DNA of 62,844 nucleotides, filler included, from Octopus bimaculoides (GCF_001194135.2; 9 parts of 9 records of this genome joined end to end with filler, not necessarily neighbours in it); one strand, 5' to 3'. Shown: positions 1 through 14,169, counted from the whole stretch's first letter. A program made the numbers and translations. Notes: generated from the letters alone by a model not told the origin.

Positions 1-2184
1 CCCAACCACATGGTTATGGGTTCAGTCCATTGCATTGCATCTTGAGCAAATGCCTTCTACTTTAGCCCTAGGCTGATCAAAGAGTCTTGTGAGTTGATTT
101 GGTTGACAGAAACTGAAAAAGCCCAGTGTGTTTTGGGTGGTGTGCGTGGGTGGGTGGGATTGTGTCTTCTTGGTTTGACATTACATGACAGATGTAAATG
201 AGTGTCCTCGTCACACAAGCGGTGTCGTTCATTTCCAGTATGTCTTGTAAAATATTACCTTGTTTGGAAACAGTTGAGGGTTGGTAACATGAAGGGCATT
301 TGGCTATAGAAAATCTGCTTTGATGATTTCCGTCCAGCTTGTGCAAGCATGGAAAAGTGGACATTAAAATGATGATGTGCCACAAAAAAATTTAAACCAA
401 ATTTAGGGTCAGGTAGTTACCTAAGGGCTTTTGTCAGGAAAGTTAATATACCTGATGCAGGTAAATGACTGCAACAAGAAAGGTAAAATATGGTAAAAAC
501 AATTAGTTGCTTGTTAAAAGAATTCTATCTCCTGTCCCACTTTTCAAGAGAAACACTTACCATTCTCAGATGTCATTACCATAATAATTAGTTTACCAAT
601 ATTTCTAATTTACCTTAAGCTGGCAGATTTGTTAGCATACCAGGCAAAATGCTTAGCAACATTTTGTTCATCTTAACGTTCTGAGTTCAAATTCTACTGA
701 AGTCAGCTTTGTCTTTCATCCTTCCAGGGCTGATAAAATAAATGCCAGTTGAGTAGTGGGGTCGATGTAATCAACTTATTCCCTCCCCCAAAGCTGCTGG
801 CCTTGTGCTAAACATTGAAACCAATATTTCTAGTTTACTTTAAGGTGGCGAGCTGGCAGAATCGTTAGCATGCCAGGCAAAATGCCTAGCAGTATTTCAT
901 TTGTCTTTACAGTCTGAGTTCAAATCATGCAAAGGCTGACTTTTGCCTTTCACCCTTTCGGGGTTGATAAAATAAGTACCAGTTGAACGTCGGGATCAGT
1001 GTAATCAGCTCACTACTTCCCCTGAAATTGTTGGCCCTGTACCAAAACAAACACACACTCACACACACAAAGGATGAGCTTTCAGTTTTCATCTACCAAA
1101 TCCACCCACAAGGCTTTGTTTGGCCTGAGGCTATAGTAGAAGACACTTGCCCCAGGTGTCACGCAATGGGACTGAACCCAGAACCCTGTGGTTGGGAAGC
1201 AAGCTTCTTACTGCACAGCTACACCTGTTTCCGACGTTGCATGAAAGCCTGTCTAGTCATTGTGTTGTGCTATGTCTAAAGGACTGTGGGGAAAATATGA
1301 CCTCACTTGGTAGACAGGTTAAGGTTGGCAGCATAAAGAGCAACTGACCACAGAAAAATGGGTTTCACCAAATAATATGTGACCCGCGTAAGCACAGAAA
1401 AGTCAATGCTAAACCAATGATGATGATGATTCTGGAAATTGAATTAAAAATTTAGGCTTCATGGCTAACTGTTACAACTTCATTATTTATTAATTAGAAA
1501 AAAAACCCCCCAAATAAAACCACTTTTTTTTTTTATTAATGTGTGTCTTGATTTTATGTTTTCTCTATAAAAAATATTAATAACTCAAATAAATTATAGT
1601 CCTAACTGAAAATGCCCCTGCGTAACTGACCTATTATTTGGGAAGTTCTTTAAAAATGATTATCTCCAGATTCTATGGCTGTAGTCTGTATCTTGTAAAA
1701 ATTAGCCTGTATGTGTGTGTCTGTGTGTGTGTGTGTGTGTCTGTGTGTGGGTGTGTGTGTACATGTACGACACATTTTGTCACGATACATTGCTGTTTAT
1801 TATCAACTTTGAAGCAGGGTCTTCTGTACACTATGGCTTCTCTTTCAGAAATCTTGCTTGCTATTGCTACACGATTTTGTTGTATTAGAATGTTTAGCTG
1901 TTTTTACAGGGCTTCGTTTTCTGTTCTCCGCTGTGAGAATGCAAATTTTGCTGTTATCTCTTTGAATGCTTAAAAGCATTTAAACAATATTTATTATCAT
2001 CATCATTGTTGTTATTATTATTATTATTAGTTGTTGTTTTTATTTATATTTCAGAAATATTGGTATTTAATCACTACAAGAATACAGTTTTGTGTATTTA
2101 TACATCTTGAGTGTATGTGTGTGTGTGTATCTATATAGATATGTATATATATATATACATATCTATACATATGTATAGTGCATA

Positions 2185-2217
<33 letters not shown>

Positions 2218-2418
2218 CTATATATATATATATATACATATGCATAGTGCATATGTGTGTGTGTGTGTATATGTATGTATATATACATATCTATACATAT
2301 GTATAGTGCATATATATATGTGTGCGTGTATATGTATATATATATATATTATGTATTGTGCATATATATACATATGTATATACGTATGTATAGTGTGTAT
2401 ACATATATATATATATAT

Positions 2419-2579
2419 GAGTGGTTGGCGTTAGGAAGGGCATCCAGCTGTAGAAACTCTGCCAAATTAGATTGGAGCCTGGTGTTGCCATCCGGTTTCA
2501 CCAGTCCTCAGTCAAATCGTCCAACCCATGCTAGCATGGAAGGCGGACGTTAAACGATGATGATGATGATGATGATGAT
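2419..2579 (+). mobile_element. Family C RTE-type 3' end with (GAT)n tail (young copy); other copies at ~150-380, 3350-3580, 7075-7440, 14540-15015, 41850-41960 and 61270-61510
   Basis: Shared ggcattaggaagggcatccagc...aacccatgccagcatggaa...ttaaa(tga)n. The 2419 and 61348 copies differ at about 2 positions. Confidence 0.85.
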
Positions 2580-4879
2580 ATGTACATATGTATAGTGTGT
2601 GTATATATATATATGTATAGTGTGTGTGTATATATATATATATACACACGCATATGTATATTGTGTATATATGTATATATCTATAATAGATGTACATCAA
2701 ATGAAATATAGAACCGGAAGAGCTACTAATAGTTTTGTGTTATGATACTTGAACAGGCATATTTCTAAAATATACCATGTATCTTAAAGCAATCTTTCNN
2801 NNNNNNNNNNNNNNNNNNNNNNNNNNNNNNNNNNNNNNNNNNNNNNNNNNNNNNNNNNNNNNNNNNNNNNNNNNNNNNNNNNNNNNNNNNNNNNNNNNNN
2901 NNNNNNNNNNNNNNNNNNNNNNNNNNNNNNNNNNNNNNNNNNNNNNNNNTATATATATAAATTCATTTAGGTGTTAAATAACCACCTAAGGAATATTAAA
3001 TAGCCAAAGAATGTAGTGGTTTTTCTACCTGTATAAGTAACAATGTTATGGGCTATCTGCTCTTAACAAATCGGTAAATAAATAAATTAAATAAACTTAT
3101 AGTTTATCAATATGTATATATATATATGTATTAGAAATGGAAACCTAAATAATAAATTGAACAATTAAATAATTTAATCATTAAATTCAATTCAATTTTA
3201 TTATTTTATACAAACAAATGGTACACACACACACACATATGTTCAAAATCATGTATGGCCACGGGGAAAACATTACTTTGTTTCTTTCCCTCTATCATAC
3301 TCTAACCTCTCATCACCTGGCATAAAGCCACCTTCCTCGATACAATCCCATCCCTCATTTTCAGGGTCTTGTCTTGCAAATTATTTGGTGACCTCTCTGG
3401 TGCTGATACCATGTAAAAAAAAAAAACCCAGTATACTCTCTAAATTGGTTGGCATTAGGAAGGGCATCCAACCATAGAAATCATACCAAAGCAGACAGTA
3501 GAGCTTGGTGTAGTCTTCTAACCTGCCAACTCCTGTTAAACTGCCCAACCCATGCCAGCATGGAAAATGGATCTTAAATGATGATAACGATGGTGATGAT
3601 GATGGTGAAGACTGCAAAGATATGGTAGTTTAATACTTTAATACTATAATCCCAGAAGTACCAGTGAGTGAGGAATAAAGAAGATTTATTTAGAGATGAG
3701 GTTTGAAAGGAACTAGAATAAATGAAGATCTGGATTCTGCATGTTATCAGAATGGAGGTACATGATAAATTAGTGCCCATCTTGGTAACCAGTTCTTGAT
3801 GATAATGGATTTTCTAAAACTAAACTGAAATTGAATTATATGCAGTAGTTAAGGATTGAATTAAATACATTTAAGAAATGAGTGATTGGTCAGTTAAAGA
3901 AGAAATGATTGTAGTAGGGTGATGAGAGAATTAACAGTATAAGAACACTTATTAGTTGAATCAAGGTAAGTTAGCTATGTGAAGTTTTTAAATGGAAATT
4001 TTAAGAAGGTTTTATTGAATAAGAAGAAGCAACAGATTAATAGCTTGTTAAACTTATTAGTTAAATTAGACCTACATTTAATAATTTCCAATCCCTCTAT
4101 TAAGCACAAATCATTGATACCAACACCTCCTCTGGGTGGAGGAGCACTACCTATAATTGACCATGAAGTTGAATAGTTGGTTTTCTCCTTGAGGTTCCAG
4201 ATGAATTTAGGTAGTGAAGTGCAGTTGTCTTTTGTTTTGCATTTTTTTAAATGTAGTTATGTGATATGATCTTGAATTTTTATTTATTACCATATTTTTC
4301 TTTGTGAAGTTATGGAATAAAATATTTGACAATATGTGTGTAAGTTTATGGTCCATTGAAAATATACAGGAATACAGGCTTAATTCGTAATTTATCCATG
4401 TATAATTTTCATGTGTGTTTATTTGATCTTTGAAGGGAAAAAGTAAGGGAGAGTGTTGGGGAGAGATTGGAGAGAAAGCAAGAAGAGAGAGAAGTATTTG
4501 AGAAATGTTGCTGATGCCATTAAAGAAATATGTTGGTGTGTTTTACTGTATGCAGAGAAACTATTTTCTATATAATCTGTTTTCCTGTCTTCATCAGAAT
4601 CATCTTTCACATGACAAATATTCATTCAATCATTTATGACACAGCTAACCCTGTCTTCATCAGCAAAGATTTCTTTAATTCGACTTCATCTATCATAGTT
4701 ATCCAGTATGGCTTCACAATTATTATTTCTTTTCTGTCTATTAGTAAAAAATTTATTTATATTCATTTTGTGTGTATCAAAACACTGGGGAGGAAGTATG
4801 TAGGTAATAGATACACTTTTTCATGTATATATATATATATATATATCTATATATATGTGTATGTATGTATGTATGTATG

Positions 4880-4954
<75 letters not shown>

Positions 4955-5004
4955 GTATATTTATTTATTTCGTTGGGTGTATCTTTTAAGCATTCCAGTT
5001 ATTG

Positions 5005-5860
5005 TTGAGGATTGGCTGAAAGGATAGATGGCCAGAATAAATGCCTGGTTATATTTAGTTATGTCTCTTTACACTCAGAGTTCAAATGTTGTGATGGTCA
5101 ACTTTGTTTATCATCCTCTGGAGTTACGAAAATAAAATAGCAGTCAAGTACTTGGGTTTATCTAATTGCCTAAGCTCTCCCAACAAATTTCAGGCACTTT
5201 GTTAGAAAAAAAATGAAGAGTGGTGAACTGGCAGAATAATTAGAATGCCTGGGAATTTGCTTAGCAGCATTTTGTCCATTTTTACATTCTGAGTCCAAAT
5301 TCTGTCATGGTCGACTGCCTTTAATCCTTTTGGGAGTGATTAAATAAATACTAGTTAAGTACTGGAGTCGATCTAATTGACTTACTCCATCTTCTAAAAT
5401 TGCTGGCCTCGAGCTAAAATTTGAAACCATTATTATTTTTAAGGCAGTGAGCTAGCAGAATTGTTAGTACATTGGGCAAAATAACGTTTAGCGGCATTTT
5501 GTCTGTCTTTATGTTCTGAGTAAAAACACTGCCAGGGTTGACTGTGTCTTTCATTCTTTTGGGGTTGATAAAATAAGTACCAGCTGAACACTGGCTCAAT
5601 GTAACTGACTTACCCCTTCCCCCAGAATTGCTGGCCTTGTGCCAAAATTTGGAATCAAAGATGGCAAGCTGGGAAAAATGCTTAGCAACATTTCGTTTGT
5701 CCTTATGTTCTAAGTTCATATTCCGACAAGGTTAACTTTGCCTTTCATCTTTTTGGGAGTCAATGAAATAAGTACCAGCTATGCACTGGGGTTTGTGCAA
5801 TCAACTAGTTCCTTCCCTCAAAATTTCAGTCCTTGTATCTGTAGTAGAAAGGATTATTAT
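5005..5860 (+). mobile_element. Four head-to-tail family B SINEs
   Basis: Units at ~5005-5212, 5218-5432, 5442-5660 and 5660-5860, each with the box-B-like motif and gataaaataagtaccag-like body. Confidence 0.8.
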
Positions 5861-6588
5861 GGTTATTATTAATTTAGCTTTCATTTTTGAGAACAAATGA
5901 CCTCCCATTCATTTTTGATAACCTGTTAATATCATTTTTCTTGAGAAGCCATACCAGACAAAGAATTTTCTCCTAGTTCACCAGAGTTTATATGTCTGCC
6001 TGCCATGCTATGGAACAAAGAAGCCAACTGCTAGTACTAGCTTGGAGCTATTTCAATGATTGTAGCAAGAACTTTACAATCTTTGGAACACAGACTTCGA
6101 GATTTCAATGGATTCTGCTTTCAGTCTTACACAGATGCTGACTGACAATTTGAGTTACATAGAATATATATTTATATGTATATGTAAGTATGTGTGTGTG
6201 TGTATATATATATATATGTATNNNNNNNNNNNNNNNNNNNNNNNNNNNNNNNNNNNNNNNNNNNNNNNNNNNNNNNNNNNNNNNNNNNNNNNNNNNNNNN
6301 NNNNNNNNNNNNNNNNNNNNNNNNNNNNNNNNNNNNNNNNNNNNNNNNNNNNNNNNNNNNNNNNNNNNNNNNNNNNNNNNNNNNNNNNNNNNNNNNNNNN
6401 NNNNNNNNNNNNNNNNNNNNNNNNNNNNNNNNNNNNNNNNNNNNNNNNNNNNNNNNNNNNNNNNNNNNNNNNNNNNNNNNNNNNNNNNNNNNNNNNNNNN
6501 NNNNNNNNNNNNNNNNNNNNNNNNNNNNNNNNNNNNNNNNNNNNNNNNNNNNNNNNNNNNNNNNNNNNNNNNNNNNNNNNNNNNNNNN

Positions 6589-6616
<28 letters not shown>

Positions 6617-6619
<3 letters not shown>

Positions 6620-6764
6620 AAACGTTGCTGTTTCTGATTTTCATTGAGTTTATGTGGAACCCACTTATCCAACTTTTTCACAGGCACTTTGAGATGGATC
6701 TGACTCGACAGCAGAAAACAGAATTTCATGGAACCACGTTGTTCCTTTGGGGTACCCCCTCGTA
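6617..6764 (-). mobile_element. Mariner-derived non-autonomous fragment
   Basis: TIR-like TACGAGGGGGTACC at 6764, followed by the peptide KKLDKWVPHKLNENQKQQR. Confidence 0.7.
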
Positions 6765-6954
6765 TATGCATATATGTATATTTATATATGTATGTATGTG
6801 TGTGTGTGTATATGTATGTATATATGTGTAGACGTGTGTGTGTGTGTGTGTATANNNNNNNNNNNNNNNNNNNNNNNNNNNNNNNNNNNNNNNNNNNNNN
6901 NNNNNNNNNNNNNNNNNNNNNNNNNNNNNNNNNNNNNNNNNNNNNNNNNNNNNN

Positions 6955-6999
<45 letters not shown>

Positions 7000-7912
7000 A
7001 TCAGGTAAACATATATCTCCTCGACAGCAAGACGTTTGTTTCTGTCTCTGTCACACTCTAACCTTTCATCATCTGACACAAAATCCCCTCCTCTGATGTC
7101 CCTTCCCCTCTCAAAGGATCTTTGTCTTGCGCGTTATTTGGTGACCCTGCCAGTGTTGGTGCCATGTAAAAAGCATCCAGTTCACACTGTAAAGTGGTTG
7201 GCATTTGGAAGGGCATCCAGCCGTAAAAAACCATGCCAAAACTGATTTTGCCTGTGATGATGCCACATAAAAACCACTGGATCCACTCTGTCGAGCGGTT
7301 GGTGTTATGAAGGGCTTCCAGCCATAAAAACCACACCAATACAGACAGTGAAGCCTGGTGCAGTCTTCTGCCTAGCCAGCCTCTGTCTAACCATCCAACC
7401 CATGCCAGCATATATAACAGACATTAAATTATGATGATGAGGTATGTATGTGTGTAGATGTATGTGTATGCGTATGTACAAGGTTAACCAAATGTCACCT
7501 GACAGTAGATCAAAATTCCATAAATATTATCTATAATTCTGTATTGACTCGAATGGAAAAATGTGTCACTCATGAAGGACTTCAGTTTGAACAATTTTCA
7601 TGATGTTTCATATTTGAGTGCTTTTATTAAATTCATTCAGTTGTTAAACATAAATAAATCTTGGAATTAAATGGTTTTGATTTACTGTCAGATGACTTCT
7701 GGCCAACCCTGTACATATATGTGTGTGTGCCATTTGGACTAAATATGTGGTCGTTAACAAATCCCTTATTGTGGATTTAGTTTTGTAATTAGTGTGTATA
7801 AAGTTCTAATGTTAACTCCTTATTATGCAGACAGATTAACTTTGGTAAACTTGTGCTTTCTTTTACACTGATTTTTATTTTCCTAAATGAACCATTGATC
7901 AGAACTACTTAT

Positions 7913-9677
7913 TCAAAAATAATTAATGATTGTATTATCAAGGAAAGGAATACAACTTTTTAATGAGAACCATGTGTCTGGTGCAATGCAGCTAGTGCAG
8001 ATACATTGGGTTTCAAATTTGTCAACTTTAGCCGGAAAGTCTCCTTGTTGTGTCACATCCAGTCCAATTCTTTTATGGGAAAGTAAAGTTCCAATATGGC
8101 TAAAACACGATTCAACCATGTATGAGGTAGAGAAGGCAAGCAAAAGTAATTTCAGCTGTTTCTACTGCATCAACCTCAAATGGATTGTTATACCAGTTTG
8201 GAATATTCAGCACAATAACATCTTGAAATGATTGTAAATATTTGCGATATGTAGTTAAATTCTCATCAACCAATTCATCTTTCAAAGAATCAAGTTGTGG
8301 AAATTGGTGGAATTGACGTTTTGAAATGTTAGTCTTATACAGCACCAATTTTGAAATGAAGGTAGTGAAAAATGATGTTTTGCAATCAACAAGTGTTTTT
8401 CTGTATCCTTGCAATAACTTGTTCAAATCATTTAATTTTGTGAATATATCACAAAGAAAAAAATATTGTACCTTGCAGCCATCAATGAAGCGGATAGTGG
8501 AGTATCTTCAAAGAAAGATATAATTATATGAAACAGTTCAACAAAGCATAAAACACAGTTTCATTTTGACAGCCACCACACTTCAGTATGGTATAGGAGT
8601 TTAGTATAGTCCTCATCATTTCTCAGATAGAGGTGACAGAAAATTCAATCAGACAAGGGACTGGACTTCAATCTGTTCACAGTCTCGATAACTAACTGTA
8701 GCGCATCATTCAACCTACCGTTCATATTTTTTTTGCCACTAAATGCCGCCAGTGTGCCAAGCAATGGAGAGGGAATAAATCCAAATGATAAATAATCATT
8801 ACTGTACTGTCAACAAATTTTCTTGACTGGAGGTATCAGTAAAGTGAAAATGTGAAAATGAATTTCTATGGACGGCAGCAGAAAGGCATTATGGTATTCA
8901 CAAAGAGAAGAAGTTGATAGAGCAGAGTCAGATGACATGTCTTTACTGGAGCAAATACGGATCTAGTTCATTTGGCTCGCCAGCATTTCAAAAATAAAAG
9001 TTTCTTGAAAATTTTAAAATTTGGCACTTATTAATATACCGTTCCAAGCTAAATTGTTGGAGTTATTCAACTTTTATCAGAAAAATGTTTTTAAAAGGTT
9101 ATAGAGTTTTAAAGTTTGATCATTTTCACCAAGTCAAGAAACACGATTTCACAGCTGTCAGTTCGTGCATGACTGCACATTTTGTCAACATCCTGAAAAT
9201 AGCATTTGTGTTTTGCTATGAAAGCATAGAATTACGCATGACATATAACCCCTCATAACTTTTTTATTTCTCAGAGTTTGCAGAAAATTTTTGCGAATTT
9301 GTATTCTACACATGGGACTTCATACAATTATGCTTAAAAAAATTGTGGTGGAGCATGATTTAAGGTCTAGGCCTATTTGGCTGCTATTTTTAGCACATAT
9401 GACATCCATCTCAATGACTGTGTAACAAAAATATTCGATCAATAAACAAGGCCACTTTTTTAATACAAATTGATAAGTCAAATTGATAAAAAATGCATTC
9501 TTATTCTTGGCATGCCTACGTATAAATAAATGCAGACTTAATTTCGAAAAGTTCTTTTTCACCCACAAAATGTTCACATTGCCCAGCATTTTCTAGAAAT
9601 TTGCCCATCGCCCACCTGTAATTTGAAATCGCCCACTAGTTGGCAATATCACCCACTTTGGGAAGCAATGGTGTAAA
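7913..9677 (-). mobile_element. Decayed hAT (Buster/Charlie-type) transposon
   Basis: C-terminal dimerisation-like peptide FSTSYMVESCFSHIGTLLSHKRIGLDVTQQGDF and upstream FHQFPQL...IPNWYNNPF. TIR-like end CATTGCTTCCCAAAGTGGG at ~9677. The other TIR was not found. Confidence 0.75.
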
Positions 9678-9732
9678 CAGTTGGATGCAAGAAAATGCAC
9701 ACACACGTACATGCATACTTGCACACTACATA

Positions 9733-9965
9733 AGGCGACGAGCTGGCAGAAACGTTAGCACGCCGGGCGAAATGCTTAGCGGTGTTTCGTCTGCCGCTAC
9801 GTTCTGAGTTCAAATTCCGCCGAGGTCGACTTTGCCTTTCATCCTTTCGGGGTCGATTAAATAAGTACCAGTTACGCACTGGGGTCGATATAATCGACTT
9901 AATCCGTTTGTCTGTCCTTGTTTGTCCCCTCTGTGTGTAGCCCCTTGTAGGCAATAAAGAAATAA
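9733..9965 (+). mobile_element. tRNA-derived SINE family B (young, full length); other copies at ~617-1045, 12945-13110, 23270-23470, 26620-26730, 33600-33820, 53440-53600 and 54240-54460
   Basis: Box-B-like GTTCAAATTCC at 9808-9818, a conserved body repeated more than 10 times in the window, and an A-rich end. Confidence 0.9.
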
Positions 9966-10340
9966 CACTACATATGCACAAACAATTTAAAGTTTGTTCA
10001 TTTTGAAAAATAAATAGAATGTATGGCTTAGGTTAAAAAAAAAAGGTCAGAGGTGAGAACCAAAGAAATCCACCTGGTGTATGTGAGGGAAATGTAAATT
10101 GTAAAGATTAAAAATAAATGAAGATAAAAGTAAAGAAAATGGAATAAATAGCTCTAGATGAAATGATAAATAATCAGGCGTGGCTGTATGATAAGATGCT
10201 TGCTTCCCAAGCTCTCAGTTTTGGGTTCAGTCCCACTGCATGGTACATTGGTTAAGTGTTTTCTATATCTATGTATTGATAGGAATGGTAAGACAGCAAA
10301 AGAATGAAAGAGACCTCGATATTATATACATAGAGGAATT

Positions 10341-10842
10341 TATCTGTAAATATAATATGTGATAATTATTCGGTAGCCATGATAAAACTCCAAGTTTTGG
10401 ATGTTGGGGCGGAAACCCATGTCGGCATCTCTTCAGTTATTGGGCCATCGGAAAAAATGCTATGGAAATGACCGTTAAATAAAGGGAAATTACTGTGTGA
10501 TTGACCGTTATTAAGACAAAAGACCTATTAGAATGACCGCTAAGTAAGGGAAGGGAGTAAAGGTAAGGGAGTAGAAATGTTCATAGTAATCGTGTAAGCG
10601 CACATGTCCATACATACACTTACGCGATTACTCTGAATATTTACTCCCTCCCCTTACTTAGTGGTCATTCTAATAGCTCTTTTGTCTTAATAACGGTCAA
10701 TCACACAGTAATTTCCCTTTATTTAACGGTCATTCCCATAGCATTTTTTTCGAGATGCTGGTGTGGGTTTCTGCCCCAACATCTGAAACTCAGAGTTTTA
10801 TCATGGCAACCGAATAATTGTCACATATTATATTTACAGATA
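10341..10842. repeat. ~500-bp imperfect palindrome (fold-back), probably an inverted pair of PLE-type terminal repeats
   Basis: 10341-10600 is the reverse complement of 10617-10842 apart from transitions and two indels. The loop is ~16 nt. Confidence 0.9.
10381..10442 (-). ncRNA. Degenerate type I hammerhead motif in left arm of palindrome
   Basis: AUAA-CUGAAGA-GAUG...CAUC-C-(A)AAAC-UUGGA-GUU-UUAU. G12 reads A. The opposite arm (10785-10802, +) retains GAAACUCAGAGUU-UUAUC. Confidence 0.55.
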
Positions 10843-10869
10843 TGTATGTCTTTGTGTGTATATGTATGT

Positions 10870-10927
<58 letters not shown>

Positions 10928-11311
10928 CTACATATGTGTATGTATATGTATTTATGTATATATTTATATGTATATCTACATGTATGTATATATGTACATA
11001 TATATATATGTACACATACACATATAAGTATGTATATACATATATATCTAAATATGTGTGTGTGTGTATACACACTTGTATTGAGGTTGGTGATGCAAGT
11101 AGGAAAATATAACTCAAAACATGAGTATATATACAATTTTTATTAATGATCTTCAGATGTATACACATTTGTATATATAATGGTCATCTGTGGCTCTTAA
11201 AATGGTAGGTGTCTTTAATATATATATATGTATCTATATATATATGTGTGTGCATATATGTGTGCATACCTACACACGTGTGCATATACATATGTGTACA
11301 TATATATAAAA

Positions 11312-11349
<38 letters not shown>

Positions 11350-11401
11350 ATAGGTGTTTTTAATATATATATGTACATGTATATATGTGTGTGTAGATAG
11401 A

Positions 11402-11443
<42 letters not shown>

Positions 11444-12264
11444 CGTACATTTATTAAAATATATATTTACATATGTGTGTGTATATGTATGTATGTATAT
11501 ATATGTACGTACACACACTCGCACATATACATTTACACTCTCATTCCCCTTTGACACACATAAAAGCAGTGATCAAAGATGTTTTTATATGTTGCCGCCA
11601 ACAATCAGAATGAACATTTAGCCATGTTGTCTTGAAGCAAACTCAATTCTGAGAAAGTGTCGTTTGCGACGAACATGTTTTATTGATGTTTGTATCATTC
11701 AACCGGAGACAGACATCAAAAGCAGTGCGATAGCGGAGAATATATATACGTCACCTCTAACTATTTCTTTCCCTTGTTTCATCATCTATCTGCTTGTTTA
11801 TTCCGACACTAGAGCTGATAAGGAGACTGTAGATAAACATATCCCATGATAATTTTGCTGCTAGAATATCTGTAAATCCACACATATTTTCCCAGTTATA
11901 TTGTCTCCTGAGGTCCAAATGACACAGTAATTTAGATGCAATTTCTCTGCTTTACTGGAATGAGCGTAGTTTTATGTAAATTGACTGATGGGTTGGTTGG
12001 TAAGGAATTTTACTGTTAACTGTAACCAAGACGAAAGTCACTCACATCCTTTCAGCTGCTCTGCTTCCTTCATGCCTATGATTGTCTTAGTAGTTAGCTC
12101 TTCATAGCTCAGTCTACATGGCTCCAAGTAGGTGCAGCGTAGCCACACTATAATTCACTGCTTGAAGCAGTAGCAGCTCTTATATTGATGAATGATTGGT
12201 GTATGACTTGCCATGTTTTCAGTTGGAGTTTGTTGTACTGATCGGTTCACTTTTTGTATTAGTT

Positions 12265-12830
12265 TGACTCTCCATGGTGCTCAGCCAGACTCTCCATGGT
12301 ACAGAGCTGCACTCTTCATGGTGCTCAGCTGGATGTTCCATGGTGTTCAGTTGGACTCGCCATGATGCTTGGCTGGGTGCTCTATAGTTCTTGACTGAGT
12401 GCTCAATGGTACTCAGCCGAATGCTCCATGGTGCTCATTTGGGCTGTCAATGGTGCTTAGCTAGACACTCAAGTTTGACTCCCTATGGTGCTCAGCTGAA
12501 CTCTCCATAGTGCTCAGCTGGACTCTCCATGCTGCTCAGCTGGACTCTCCATGGTGCTCAGCTGGACTCTCCATGGTGCTCAGCTGGACTCTCCGTGGTG
12601 CTCAGTTGAAGTCTCAATGGTACAAGTTGGACTCTCCATGATGCTCAACTGGTCACTCCATGATGCTCAGTTAGACTCTCCATGATGATTAGCTGTACAT
12701 TCCATGGTGCTCAGCTTGAGAATCCAAGGTGCTGCTCGGACTCTCAATGGCGGTCATTTGGACCATCTATGGTTCTCAGCTGGATTCTTCATGGTGCTCA
12801 TTTGGATTCTTGTGCTCTGCTGAGTTGGAA
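12265..12830. repeat. 22-bp minisatellite (GCTCAGCTGGACTCTCCATGGT), about 24 copies
   Basis: Near-perfect units at ~12485-12605, degenerate towards both edges. Confidence 0.9.
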
Positions 12831-13200
12831 TGATAACTGAGATGGCCTCCCATGTGTGCTGGGTTGCAATATCCTAAAGTAAAATATTTTAAAGTACTGT
12901 GTTGGATTTCTTGTGGAGTCAAACTTGACGTTTATAGTAGTTTCAATATTCTTTTCTCCTCCAGGCACAAGGCTCGAAAGGATGAAAGGCAAAGTCAACT
13001 TTGGTCGAATTTGAATTCAGAATGTAAAGACAGACGAAATACCGCTAAGCATTTTGCCTAGTGTGCTAACGTTTCTTATTTCTTTACTGCCCACAAGGGG
13101 CTACACACAAACTAGCTCAGAAAGGTAGGGATGCTACTCCCCAAGAACCCTTTTGGAGCCCCCCTATCTCAACAGGGGTCCATATAAAATTATATATATG

Positions 13201-13244
<44 letters not shown>

Positions 13245-14169
13245 CAAACACCTAATATAAGCACAATACTTTGTTATATAGGCACCACATATTTAGACAC
13301 ACATCTTTATACACACACAGACATATAGATATTACATATATTAGATCCGCCCACTACTCTGCTTGATTTGCTATCTCTCAGAATTACTATTAATGTCTGC
13401 TGTTACATCCCAGACAGCCAGGTGGTTTTCTTCATGAAATTCTACAGATGTCATTACGTATTTATTAGACACCTTCTGTATATGTGTGTGTGTGTGTGTA
13501 AGTATGTGGGTGTATGTGTGTGTAGACACATTTGGATTTATGGATGTTTGTTCATGTGTGTGTGTAGCACATGCCTCAAAGATAGACTGCATTACCACTA
13601 TATTTATTTCTTCTTGTGGAACCACCTCGATACTAGCACCTACCCACTCACCTATGTAAAATGCAAGATAGTCATGAATCTCCCCCACAACAAACCTGTT
13701 CCTACTTCTTTCTGTTGTACATTAACTTCTCAACACTATTCTCCCAATCAGCTGAGGGAACTCATTAGTATTGTAAAATACAAGGAACCTCACCAGTGCT
13801 GGTGCCATGTAAAAAGAGCATCAACAATGCTGTTTAACCTTTAGCACACTGATTTGCCCCTAGAATAGTTTTCCCTACCACTGCATTATTTTTGAGGGAA
13901 CAGAAGACATGAACATCTACTGTTTTAAAATTGTTATAACTTTCATTGTATTGTGTGTACAAATTTGATTTTTTGTATACTAATAAAAGAATGGATGAAT
14001 GTTATTTTTATGTAATGTATTAAGGAATAGATGAAAGAGTTGCCCCTCAGAAATGTACTTCTTTGGGGCCATTACTTTCCTTAAATCAGCCAGCCATGGA
14101 TGATAGTGTTCACTCGGTGCATCATTCTCAATATAACTGTAAGCCCAGTCTACATCCTCATCATCACCT

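Noticed and set aside
9733-9830. tRNA genes
   Set aside because: Box A/B motifs belong to SINE heads; no complete cloverleaf.
10381-10802. Trans-complementation of the two broken hammerheads
   Set aside because: They lie on opposite strands, and long arm-arm pairing would dominate folding.
12265-12830. CRISPR-like or Pol II CTD-like repeat
   Set aside because: No unique spacers, eukaryotic context, and the 22-bp unit is not a codon multiple.
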